Positions 1 through 11,600 of a stretch of 64,000 nt of DNA are shown here, piece by piece (positions within the stretch are counted from its first letter, which is position 1; every line of letters starts with the position of its first letter). The notes under the pieces were generated by a model that saw nothing but the letters and a program-made list of their open reading frames with translations, searched no databases and was not told the DNA's origin. The stretch is from Klebsormidium nitens. Taxonomy: Eukaryota; Plantae; Klebsormidiophyceae. The DNA is taken from NCBI GenBank assembly GCA_000708835.1, contig DF237445.1, positions 1-64,000 of the forward strand, read 5' to 3'. The position numbers were made by a program, and so were the translations under genes.

Positions 1-156
1 AGCAAGTAGGAGGTACGGTACTTTTCAAGCGATATTACTGCTCTGGTATGTACCTTGGTGTACCACGTGATCTGAAAAAGCCCTCCAATTGGCTACAAAA
101 TCGGGACAGCTTTTTGCATCTTTTCGGTCGACGCGCACTCTTAGCGGACCGCGCAC

Positions 157-1305
157 CTGAGGTCAGAAGCGCCCCTGATGACGTGGTAGTTTGTCACAAT
201 GTTGCCCTGCTTGTCCCAAATGAAACCGGATCCAGAGCCCTGGGGCACAGCCATAATATCTAGGGTGAACTGGTCCCGCCTGCACCAGAAGTACTGCCAA
301 AAGTTGGAACAGTGACACCAAAAAGTCTGTTTCTCTTTTGAAAAGTACCTGTTGGCTCTTCGTAATGATGAAAGTCAACTGTCTCCTTTTTTCCCTAATG
401 ACATTCATATAGATAAAGGAGACAGTGGCTACACAGTAATCAGTCACCCGGCCATTCCTATGACCCTACTGACCGAGCAACAACATATTCCTTTGTTCGG
501 TATTTCGAGCACCACAGATTATCCAGGCTTCCCACAAACTTGTTATCCATCTCTGTTTACTTACTCCTTGCTAAGGCCTTTCGTCTGCAGACCTCGCCAA
601 CCTTTTGCCACGTCTCACCACTCACCTTACAGCGAGGTTGGTTATGTACACTACCGACGGCGTGTTCTTCTGGAAGAGGTTCACAGTCTGCAACTCATCC
701 CCCTGGAGCCTCCTGGGGGGGGCCGTCACAAAGGCCCCTGAGGGCTCTGTAACTGCCACTGCGCCGGTCAAAGCAAGCGCCACCATAAAGGCAGCGACGA
801 CTTGCTTCCGCATTGAACCACCACCAGTTTCTGCCGATCCATCCCCTTGCGAGAAGGCGGAAGCCAGGAACCGAGCAGGAGGGCTCTCCCGCAGAAACCT
901 GGGAATGCTGGGGAACTTATTTGTCACTTCAGCTTTTTCAAGCTTCTCCTGGTCAAGGTCGTCTGATTCTGAGGGGCCAGCATGCGCTTTAACGCCTTGC
1001 CTTTTCTGCAAACGGTCCGCTTTACAATCCCTGCAGACAGATTCAGCCGCGAGCTGGCGTCCAGCTAGTTGTCTCCGACAGTGCCACCTTTTACAAGCAG
1101 TAGTGCTATGCCCCTTGGCATTGTTTCCAAAACCACCGTCTGCATGAATCCACCCCTGACTAGAAGTCAGCACAAGATTCGCCTTTGCACTTCTTGGGAT
1201 TGCCTCAAAAGCTGCAGTGCGCGTCTTTTCTCTGGCACCATATGACGGGCCCGGGGTGTGGAACACAGAACAGGAAACGTGCAGACTGCTCGCCGTCTGC
1301 GCCAT
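157..1305 (-). CDS. DEG1: Chloroplast Deg/HtrA serine protease (Deg1-like), 5' part; exons 1305-626 and 279-157, gene continues beyond the window start
   Basis: Spliced translation gives a transit peptide, then ELQTVNLFQKNTPSVVYITNLAVR|RDQFTLDIMAVPQGSGSGFIWDKQGNIVTNYHVIRGASDLR, the trypsin-like HtrA N-terminus with the catalytic His (TNYHV). Canonical GT-AG junctions. Confidence 0.93.
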
Positions 1306-1588
1306 GAAGCTCCAGGGGAAATTGCCTGTAAGCCTTGTCGTGCAGAGCAACCGCCTTGCGCCAAAACAGGATTATCTCAAATGTAAAAGTAATCTCGAAT
1401 GCTGGAAAAAAAACGTATACCAGACGTGTCCTCAGGCACCTGACTTCAGCAGGACACGGGGTGGCAGGACTTCCGCTGCTAAACAACCAGGTACCTGGCA
1501 ACACCGTCTGCGTCGCCAAGATGAGGCTCTGACTCTGACCCTGCCAGTGACTCTGACTCTGAGTCTGCGCCGACTCGCAGCGGCAAAG

Positions 1589-1597
1589 AAACCCTAA
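1589..1597 (+). promoter_or_regulatory. Telo-box motif AAACCCTAA in the Deg1/HERC divergent region
   Basis: Exact AAACCCTAA about 290 nt upstream of the Deg1 ATG. Motif match only; function not shown. Confidence 0.3.
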
Positions 1598-1694
1598 TGC
1601 CATGGGGAGTCGGGAAAGGGTTGCGTATCCCCCAACACCGCCAGCGAATCGAGACTCGCCACGTCGGAAATCTTGAAGCTGTCGACCAATGACA

Positions 1695-1892
1695 CTCTGG
1701 TAACGCAAGTGTGCCCTAACAGCAGTGTGCCCTAAGATAGGCGCCCGGGGGACGGGTGGGGTTAGCTTGGTGGTTAGGGTGGGTTCGGGTGCGGAGCGCG
1801 TGAGTTTTTGTGGTTAGGGTGTTTAGTTTGTTCGGCCGGGGCTTACGGATCTTAGGGCACACCGCCGTTAGGGTACACTTGAGTTGCCAGTA
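1695..1892. mobile_element. MITE-like foldback element A: 42-bp TIRs, 12-bp flanking direct repeat, G-rich telomere-like core
   Basis: 1697-1738 matches the reverse complement of 1849-1890 at 37/42 positions. CGACCAATGACA is present at both 1683-1694 and 1893-1904. Confidence 0.85.
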
Positions 1893-1987
1893 CGACCAAT
1901 GACAAGTGAGGCAAGCAAAAGTGAGCTTCTATTCTCGGAAGCTTGCGCAGTCCCGACCTTCGAGTCGGGGCAATACCGTATGCATCA

Positions 1988-2300
1988 GGCCCGGTTCACA
2001 TGCGTCCAGTTTTGCTCAGTTTTGCTTGGTTTTGCCAAATATGTCCGACGTGGCAGCTCCGTAATCAGCGGGACGCATATGAACACCACTTTCGAAAACC
2101 GAGCAAAACCGAGCTCGGTATTTGCCGAGTATCCGAAAACTGGCCAAAACTCGCTGAAACTCGACCGCATTTCAAAGCTGCGTATTTGTCAAAACCGAAC
2201 GCGGTCGACGGAGGCCGCGTTTTGAAAGATGAAAACGCGGCCCATTTTGCCGAGTTTTCGCCGGTTTCGGCAAACTTTGAAAACGCATGTGAACCGCCCC
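1988..2300. mobile_element. PIF/Harbinger (Tourist-like) MITE B with 18-bp TIRs and a 3-bp TCA target duplication
   Basis: GGCCCGGTTCACATGCGT (1988-2005) vs reverse complement of 2283-2300, 16/18 identical. TCA at 1985-1987 and 2301-2303. Subterminal TTTTGC / AAAACCGAGC repeats; no coding capacity. Confidence 0.8.
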
Positions 2301-2630
2301 TCATGTGTGCGCTTCTCATCCTTCTCGAAGTTCCCAAAAGTGCACTAACTTGGTTACTGTTACAGCTGTCCTATGTCGTGCGAACGCCCCGAATGAGGCC
2401 CAATGCCAATGGAGGCAGCGCTTGGAGACGCATGCTCCATGCTGTAGGGGTTTCATCATTTGGTGAAAGACTAAGTCCTGCTCTTCCACTGTCGGGTTTG
2501 CTCAATGGCGTCTGTTCTGGCAGAGTCCGCCCCGCTGTCGCAGCCATCGTTCTCTTTCATTAAACCGAACCCTCTGGACGGACGTGCAGACAGCGGCAGC
2601 GCTTTGCCAGAGAAAGAAGTTGGAGAACCT

Positions 2631-5600
2631 ATGCCCGTCATAGATGGCCCAAAAAGTGAGACTCGCATTGAACTCGGTGATCGCAAGCTTTGGTGAATCC
2701 AAAACTTGGAAACTCGCTGGCATTCAGCTTCGCTTAAACTAATGATCTGGAGGAAAGTATTTTAGCTTTCATGCAGAACTGACATGAGCATGTAGTAGAT
2801 TCCCTAACACTAGTCTTGATTGATTGCAGAGATCTTCCGTCGATCGTTGACCCCGCGATTGGAGTATAAGGCCCTCTTGAGTCGGGCTGTCTTCAGTAAG
2901 TTCACTGTCATATGCGTGCAATAAAGTTTAGATTGTGTGCATTTTATCAAAAGAGGACAGAATGGTGGCGGTGATAGTAAGGTTTCTGGTGGATCTTTGA
3001 TGCAGCTCAGGCATCGATTTGGAGTCTCTACCGAGCCTGAACAAACAATGGTTGTTTCAGTCTTATTTTCAGCTCTTTTCTAGCTGGACGAAGATTGCAC
3101 AATGTAATTCTGGACACTGTGTGGCAAGTGAAGATTGGAGTGGCACTCTTCGCATGACTCTTGATGCCAGCAATTTTCCTACCCATGCCAACTCAAAAGA
3201 TGATGAAATCTGAAGCCAAAACATAGGATAAAGCAAGCTTACCATTCTTACCTTATTCTTCCTTTCATGATGTGCAGCATACGCATGGGGCCGGGGTGAT
3301 TTGGGGCAGCTCGGTTTGGGCGTAGAAAGCAACGTGGACGTCCCAACTCTCGTCAAGGCGCTCGCTGAAAGAAATGTGGTTCATGCTGCAGCTGCAGAGT
3401 ATCACTCTGCATTTTTGACATGTGAGCATTTTCCAGTGCGAATGCAAGCATCCCAACATTATTGAGGATCACTCTACCGTACCTGACAATTTTGCGGCAT
3501 CATCAAGGGCAGACACCCAGCACGTGTTTAGGCCGATCATGGGGGGAACTGTGTCTTGAATGCCACTTAGGTTCTTTGACAATCTGCAGGGCGATTTCTT
3601 GAATGCCACTTAGGTTCTTTGACAATCTGCAGGGGAATCGCCAGATTGCTAGATGCAACGTAGCTTGTACTGGTGGTACTGGGGTTTCACTCGCACAACA
3701 ACTTGTCCAGATTCATCTGCCTGGGAGATTCTCATTCTCCTGAGTCCGCAGTTTCTTGGGTTGGCAGCCATATTGAACAATTGACACAATCTTTCCTTAA
3801 CGGCCTCAGTTCTCACATCTTTCAGCCGATGGGGAACTGTACACAAGCGGCTCAAATGACACCGGCCAGTTGGGCGTGAAAGGGCGGGAAAGCGCAGCTG
3901 AGCCGGTGCGCGTGGCTGCACTTGATACGTACACCATCACGCATGTCGCTTGCGGAAGAGGCCACACTGTGGCCGTAACTGGTGAGCAACAGGCCACCTA
4001 TGTGGGCGGCTTGCGCTTTCAAAGACCTTGTGTAGGTGGAGGCAAGAAGTATTACCAAAGGACAGGGGCTGTAAGGCATAAGGCATTTGTTGACTGTATG
4101 ACCTTGCATAATCTCTATGTATTCCAAATCACTCAGCAAGTCGCTTAATGAGTTTTTCACGGCGACCTCTTCATGACAACTGGGTCCTGGGGTTGCGTTG
4201 TTGCCCTGTAAATTCAGGTTCGAGTTTGATTTCTATCAGTATCCGTCCTGCTCCCGACCCTTTTATAATTGGCACTCCCGTTTCTGCAGATCAGGGTGCG
4301 CTGGCGGCATGGGGCGAGGGCGACCAGGGCCAATTGGGCCACCGGGATGCCATGGGGTCCACCGCACCTGTGCAGCCCAAGATAGTGAAGGGCACACGCG
4401 AGCTCCGTTTTGTGAGGGTCGCCTGCGGGGCGGCACACACACTGGCGCTGACAGGTAAGTTGTTCCCACATCTCATTCAATGGAAATTTCTTGGTGTGTC
4501 CTCAAGATGCTTAGAGAAATGGCAAGTTTCATTACAAACTTGACTCTGCGCACTCCCTTTGACGCGTAGAAGTTATGATCCGTTGAGGTCCCTCCGGAAC
4601 AGGAGAGTGTTTCGAGGTCATGGGGGTCACAAACGGTGTAATCGTAGTATCTGCTGTGTGGTTGGGAAGGGATGGCTAGATGAGAGCCATGTTTTGTTGC
4701 GTGCAGGAAGCGGCGAGGTATATTCTTTTGGGCAGGGTCAACTGGGCGCGCTAGGTCATGGGGATCTGGAAACCAAGCCTACTCCAACGCTGGTAGACTC
4801 TCTGTGGGGGTTGGCAATCGTACAGGTGAGCAGAGACAAGGCCTCCTTGCGAGAATCGGAGGCCACTGGTAGAGCTCGTGTTAGGAAAGGCATGATGATG
4901 TGCTCAGAAGCATGGAGTGGAAGCGAGGGGGCTAAGCCGGGGCCTGCGACTGGGACGTCGGTCGATCCTATACGCATTGGAAAGGAGGCGACGTGTTTAA
5001 CATTAACAGGGTGGGGGGCGAGGGGAAGCGGAAAAGATAGGTCTGCAAAGAACCTGCTACCAACGTGTCTCATACGCTTGAGAGTAGTATTCCCCGATTT
5101 CGTTGAGGCGTCTGCGTACTCAAGCCTGGACACCCATAGCCTTGCCCTGGTCCCATCGAAGATTATCTCATGACCTGGTCAAGAAGCGCGGGGTTCGGTG
5201 ATGGCAACCGGAATGAGCTAACACCCCCTTTCGGGTTCCACAGGTTGCTGCTGGCGAGAACCACAGCGCGGCCCTCACAGTAGACGGACAAGTGAGACGC
5301 TTCTTCCTGTCCGAGACTTTCTGCCAATAAGCCTGACGACTTGAAGCTCGAAATCCGACCAGGGTCGGATGACACCAAGTAGCGATTGTGGCCAGGGTTT
5401 GGTTGCATCTGCACCAGGACGTCTGGCCGATGGTCCATTGATGACGTCCGTGCAATCATCTACTTCTCGATGGCGTCAGTTGGATCCAATCACTCCGCCA
5501 ATTCTCATATTGGGACGGAATTGTTACGGTCAGTCTGGAGACAGCAAGGAGGGCACTCACTTGCATCTTGACGAAGTTATTTGGGTTCTGAATCATTCCT

Positions 5601-8600
5601 TCGTTGCTCTGCAGATATTCACGTGGGGACGGAACAAGTACGGTCAGCTGGGGCACAGTGACGGGGGCACGATTTGCCGGCCCACGCGGCTGAACGGGCT
5701 CTCGAACGAGGGGGTAGTGCACGTGGCATGCGGTGGCGACCATACGCTAGCAATCACCAGGAAGGGGGAGCTGTATACGGTGAGTGTTTGACCTTCGAAC
5801 GAACGGCTGCTGCAAATGTTATCTCTAGGTTGCGACTGGAAGTCTCTCTTTGCCATTCCAGCGGACGTACGGCGCAGAATCTCAAGAAGAGTGTCAGGCT
5901 GTGTCATGAAGCCGCTTGGATTCTAGAGTCCACCTTCAGAAAGTACTGCAGAGTAGTAGGACGAGCCAAGTTGTAGGCAACACCGACTTGTCGTCAAATG
6001 CCGCAGTCGCAAGTGCCGTTTACTATCCTGTTCTCTTCCACCAACGGGCTCTACTTGCTGTCTGCAGTGGGGCCGTGGACGATGGGGCCAGTGCGGCCAC
6101 GGGACCACGGACGACACTTTCAGCCCCACTCTAGTTACCGGGCTGCCAAAGGGGGTGCGGGTGGCGCACGCGTCAGCGGGCACGCGGCACACGCTAGCGG
6201 TTCTGGAGAAGGGGGACGTGTACGGCTGGGGGGACGGGGAGCTGTGCCAGCTGGGGCCGGGGGTCTCGTGAGTCTCGCTCTAATTGGGCCGTTTCTTCGG
6301 GTATTCAAAGTAAAGGAATCAAGGCGCTGTGCATAAGTTTATGAGATTGAGGAGTGGGTCAGTTGGTCACTCTATTCGCATGTGGGGGCGCTGCTCGGTG
6401 TGGAGGTATTTTGGAAGCGCATTAACAACTTTGCAAAGTTGTTGTTTTGCCAATCTGCGAGGAGTTGGATCAATGTCCTGCGGTCCTGCTGCAACGATGT
6501 ATCCGTCTGCATTACAGACGTGGATGCTATTTGGGAAAGTTCTAGCAACAGACCGTCTCTGTTGAAACAGGTCTCGTTCTATTCTCGAGATTTGGCGGTA
6601 TAGGACAGGATGGCCTCCAAATCCTGAGGAAATATGCTCTTTGCTGATCGTCCATGATCGACCTTACGTGCTTCCCCAGGGGCGTACAAACGACTCCGGT
6701 GAAGTTGCAAGGTCTGCCGCAGGACAAGCGGCTGCTATTTCTTGTGGCCGGTGGGGACCACAACATCGCCGTGTTCAGCCAATCACAACAACCCGACAAG
6801 ACCGTTGACTTGGAAGTGGTCCTAGAAGAGGTAGCAGAGCGGTCAGAGAGGTAAGATACTTGGACGCGCTTTGGTACCCTGTGACGAGGTTTGGAGCCAG
6901 TCAGTAGACTCGCGCCAAATTTTTCTTTCTGTCTTTTTGATACGTAGATGAGCTGGTTCTAAGAGGAAACATCTCATCCGTTTGTTTGTCATTGCCATCG
7001 ACTGACCTTCGAGGATCGGAACAACGGAGTTTGCGGTCTCTGTTAAGGAGCATTTTGATTGATACTAAGCATTGTCCGGGGCTCGGGTGACTTGCGAAAG
7101 GGCTCTGCTCCTGTGGGCGAGGACAACCATCTTGTGTAGCCTTTCACGGGGTTTAACGTACGTCGTTCCTCTTCAGACCACACGACGGTGCCGAACCAAT
7201 GGACACCAGTGAACACCCGACGACTGACGCTCAGCCAGAACCCACCCCTTCGACGGAATCCACTCGGCCAGCGGAATCTGCTCCTCCTTCGGAACCGTCT
7301 TCCGAACCCGCAGCGGCAAGGAGCTCTTCCTCTGACGACCGATTTGCGGTGGCGCCGTTCGAGCAGCCGCGGCCGTTAGAGCACCACGGGGCGGGGCTGC
7401 GACCAATCACGATGCCGCCCCTGCTGCAGATGCTGGAGGTGAGACTATCGGTGCCGTCGAAATCCGGGTTTTGGGTTTGAAGACCTGAAGTTCAGTTTTT
7501 GGCGATGGAAGATGTTGGGTTTTGGAAAGACACTTCGCTTCACTTTTGCTAGTGTATGCCTGGGTGAGACGCTGGTTTGGCGGGCACTTTGTGGTTGTTA
7601 CACACTTCTCTGGAACGAGCAAATGTCTGTAAGAAGGATGACCGAGCCCGGTCTGCTGTCGCCGTTTCTTCGTGCTCGGAAGTTGTTTCACAAGCGGTTG
7701 ATCTGTCGCTGTCAGTGCGTGACCAGTCCAGCTTGAACCAGAATGACTTCCGGGATGTCTTTGGATCCTTTTCGCAAAGGCGTTCAATTGTTCATATTTC
7801 TTCACCTGAAAGCCGTTCTGTCGGTACAGTGGTAGAAGCTCGAGAAGCATGTTCAAGTGCCGAATCGGCTCAAACCGCGGCTTACCTGTTTGGTGACGCA
7901 TCGGATCCTTTGCCAGTGGATACACCGTTGCACGCGCTGCAGTCAAGCAGTCGGGCCGTTAGTCGACCATTTCGTCAACGCTCCTGATACCTACCTGTAC
8001 CCTATACGGAGCGCATATCTCTTCCTTTTACCAAGTTCATGCGATGTTAGTCACCCACTCTTCCCCGAGGGTGCAAAAAGTCAAGCACGGAGGAGTTACA
8101 CCCGTTTTCTGGTTCCTCTACGCAGGCTGACATCAAACCCGGTCGCGAAATGTCCATCCTAGGCAACGCGATCGAAGACTTTTTCTCTTCGGGGGGGTTC
8201 CTTGAGTTTGGCTTCCGGGAGCATGGGCCCCCCCAGCCCGAAGCCAGCACGTCGGGGAGGGACAGCGAAACACCGCCGGTTGACGTGGAGGCGATTAAAC
8301 GGGTGTACGACAGGATACTCAAACTGTACGATACAGAGGTGAGGGCCACGCGCGAACGCGTTTCTTCTTCCCCAGTGTCTTCAGCACGTCAAAAAGCGTC
8401 TAGTACTTTTTTCAGTGTCGAAGTACAGTCTAAATTGAGTCGCTTCAACTTGTCCTCAAGAGGGACGGTCGACAGAGCCGCTTCCCCGCTCTTCCCGAGA
8501 AGCTGCAAAGGGCACATCTCCTTCCGGGAAGTTGAGGGGTCCATCAAGTCTTCAGTAAGTTTCAGCCATTTGATTCAGGGAATGAAGGGGGCAGAGTGTT

Positions 8601-11600
8601 GCTCTCGTATCTCGACTTCGAGCATCTCTGTAGCCTCTTTTGACGCGAGCGTAACGTCAGCTGCTGTGGGTGGTTTGCAGATGATACAAAGACTGGGCAA
8701 CAGCACGGTGCGGCTTCTCGACGGATTGGCGGCGCACGCGGCCACAGTCCCCTCCGAACGATGGGCCAAGGTGAGCCGGGGTTGGTGGAGAATCTCCATA
8801 CTTCCGGATTGTCTTCGTGCTGCATGCCGTGGATGCTGTTCTGGGAAACAGAAGAAACTTGTTCAAGAGCTGCAGCTCTTTTTGCGGAATGGTTTGGCAC
8901 TGGCCGGTCGATTCTGGAGGAACTTCTGCGGTGTAAAGCAGTGGCACAGGACGGCAGATGAAACCAGGCGGACGCATGATCGGCCGTCCTTGACCTGCCG
9001 CTTGTCGTATCTTAGCCGACTATTATACTGGGAGTCGTTGAAACCAGAGGATTCCCAACGTGTGCAGCCAAAAGCGAGCTCCTGCCATCATGAGCTGCCT
9101 TCAACGTTTTTGCGCTGCTCAGTCTTGTCAAAGTGCGGCCGTTCCTTCTTGCAGATACCGCTGATTCTCATGCAAAGCCCGCTTCTAGGGATGAAAGGGT
9201 GAGTCGAACATGGAAGTTTCAAGCCCACACATCTGCGCGTCTCATGCTCTATCTCAGTTGCCACGCTTGTATGTTGCATCGGGTTCTTTCAATATGCTAG
9301 TAGAAAGACCGATTAAAGTGCTCGAAAGCAGCCTCCGTCACAAGAAAGCCGGACATTAATGTACGCGTCATCCTTGCAACTCGTAAAGCGCGAACTTCCC
9401 GAGTGCATCGTCTACGAACGGGGGTGTAGGACCTTGAATTATTCTCTCAAAGATCTAAGGAAGCGCTCTGATGCATGCGGCGCTGATAGACAGTCTTTGA
9501 CTTCTCCGTGCGCTGTGCTGCGCAGTCTCGGGGACCTCTCCTCCCGCCTCTTCGGTCTTATCGCCCAGCTTCCTCACGAGGTGCATTTCGCGTACGTCCG
9601 TTGGTTCCGGACGTATCCAAAGGACATCTTCGCCGGACGCTTTGTGCGGAGCGCAAAGAACTACATAGATACAAAGTGAGATGCGCGGCTGGGCTTTACC
9701 AACGTGGGCTGGTTGAAGCATCCTTTCGTCGTCTGCATAGGAATCTGTAAGAAATCTGTGTAGTCTGCGTCCTTTGAGTCGTGTAATTCTCTTAGCAATC
9801 TACGTCTCAAATCGATGCTCAGCTTGATTGAATTGGTCGATGATTCTGTGTCTAGCGTTGTCCCTTGGGGACCCTAGATTAAGCCAAAACTTTTCCAGGC
9901 GGCCTTAATGGTTGCGATCAAAACTTGGACATTTTTGCCTCATTCCCGAGACTCTTTCCACTTGCCGTCCCTTTTCCATTTACCAATCCCTCTTTCTCCT
10001 CACCCGCAGGCAAAACATGATTGCCGCCAGCGAGCCCCCCGCCGACGACATAGCAGCCGCAGTAATGGTCCTTCGGCTTCTGTACAAAGCGAACACGCTA
10101 GGGGGGCGGCCTGAGATCCTGCCGTATGCAGACTTCCACAGCATAACGGTCAGCCAGAAAGCCGCGCTGCGCGAGGAGTACCGTCGGTGGCGCCAGGTCG
10201 AGGGGGCGCCCGTCTCGAGGACCAAGCGGCTCGTCTCTTACTGCCAGGCACGTGCCTCCGTTCCTCCTGTTACTATCCCTAGATTGACTCGGTTTTCGAC
10301 AAAGTGCTCGTTTGGTGGCTAACCTTGAAGGACGGGTTTGTTAAACCTTTCTAGGTGTCTGGTCAGAGTCGAAGGATGGCTTCTCACCGCATCGAGAATC
10401 GAAATGATCATTCTACAGGCGTCGACAAACTTTTAAACTATTTCAGAACAGCCCGGGTGCCCACCGCCCGATCTACTTGCACCTTGACCAAGTTCCTCAG
10501 GGGCTCCACCGTGTTGCCCGACCTGGCCCCTCCTCTGGCACAGCCGAGATGTCTCTTCAATCAGGGATAGGAAGCTCTAGGTATAGTATAGTAAGCACCT
10601 AGTCTAACACTCAAAATCCAACCCTCAGAATCACTCGCACCGCACCCGTACCCACGCTAAACCCCCAGCCTAACCCCACCCGTCCCAGGCTGGTTAGCTT
10701 ACTAAACCTAAAGCTTATCTAGACCTAAATGAAAGTCTTATACAGCTGAGCACCTTTTACAGCTTTCGAGACTGCTTCGAGATCTTTCTCTGGAGACTGA
10801 CGTCAGCTATTTGTGCCGAGCAGGTGCCGTGGCTGCTGACCCCCGAAGCCAAGAGCGAAGTGCTGCAGGGGGAGGCCAATCTGCAGAAGACACGGGAGCT
10901 GCACAATTGGCAGCTGGGCCAGATCTTCGGGGGCAACAGCGCGCCTTTCCTCATCCTCCAGGTAACAGACAGTCTGAGCGTTACCTTCGTTCCTAGAAAG
11001 CGGGCAAGTTATCTTTGAAGATTATCTGTCCGATTCGAAGAGCGTGCATGAATGCGGGGTTCAGTCTGGCATGCAGCAGTTGGTGTGACGCCTCTGGTAT
11101 ACGTGCGAGGTGATGATTCTGGATAAATAAATGTCGAGGTGCTTATTGTTCTGGCACCGCCCGCTGAAGCGCCTCGAGCCAGGTCTTTCGAACGCCACTC
11201 ACAAGTAAAGCCCGTTTCCCCCAAGTCTCGGGAGATGCCCTGGCCTGGCGGAAAGTTTTAGAGGTGTTCAACCGTTGGAGTCTTCGTTCCCGTTCCCGCA
11301 GGTGCGGCGGAGCCACATTGTGCCGGACGCGCTGGCGCAGCTGGGCCACCACACGTTCGACCTGAAGAAGCCGCTCAAGGTGGTGTTTGTTGGCGAGGAG
11401 GCCATTGATGAAGGGGGGGTCACCAAGGAGTTCTTCCAGCTCGTCGTGAGTGCAAGCTCTATTTGTGCTCCCAACCCCGACATCTGCTGGAAAGTCGGTG
11501 TAGTTACTTTCTGGATGAGAATCTTAATGATATCTATGCCGTAGCTGCCCTTCTGCCCCCAGTGACCTGAGGTTTGCTTGAGTACGTTGTGTTGTCCGGC

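Noticed and set aside
605-1147. 180-aa plus-strand ORF
   Set aside because: Antisense shadow of Deg1 exon 1; no recognisable motifs.
1526-1566. CTCTGA hexamer repeats upstream of Deg1
   Set aside because: Short degenerate microsatellite with no further structure.
1749-1830. Interstitial telomere array
   Set aside because: TTAGGG-like units are scattered and degenerate, not tandem; better explained as the core of a TIR element.
1884-2563. ORFs over MITE B (113 and 206 aa) as a transposase
   Set aside because: No DDE or Myb-like motifs; they are frames running through repeats.
8150-9202. 350-aa ORF as a stand-alone gene
   Set aside because: It is three HERC exons joined through two in-frame introns; reported as a splicing finding instead.
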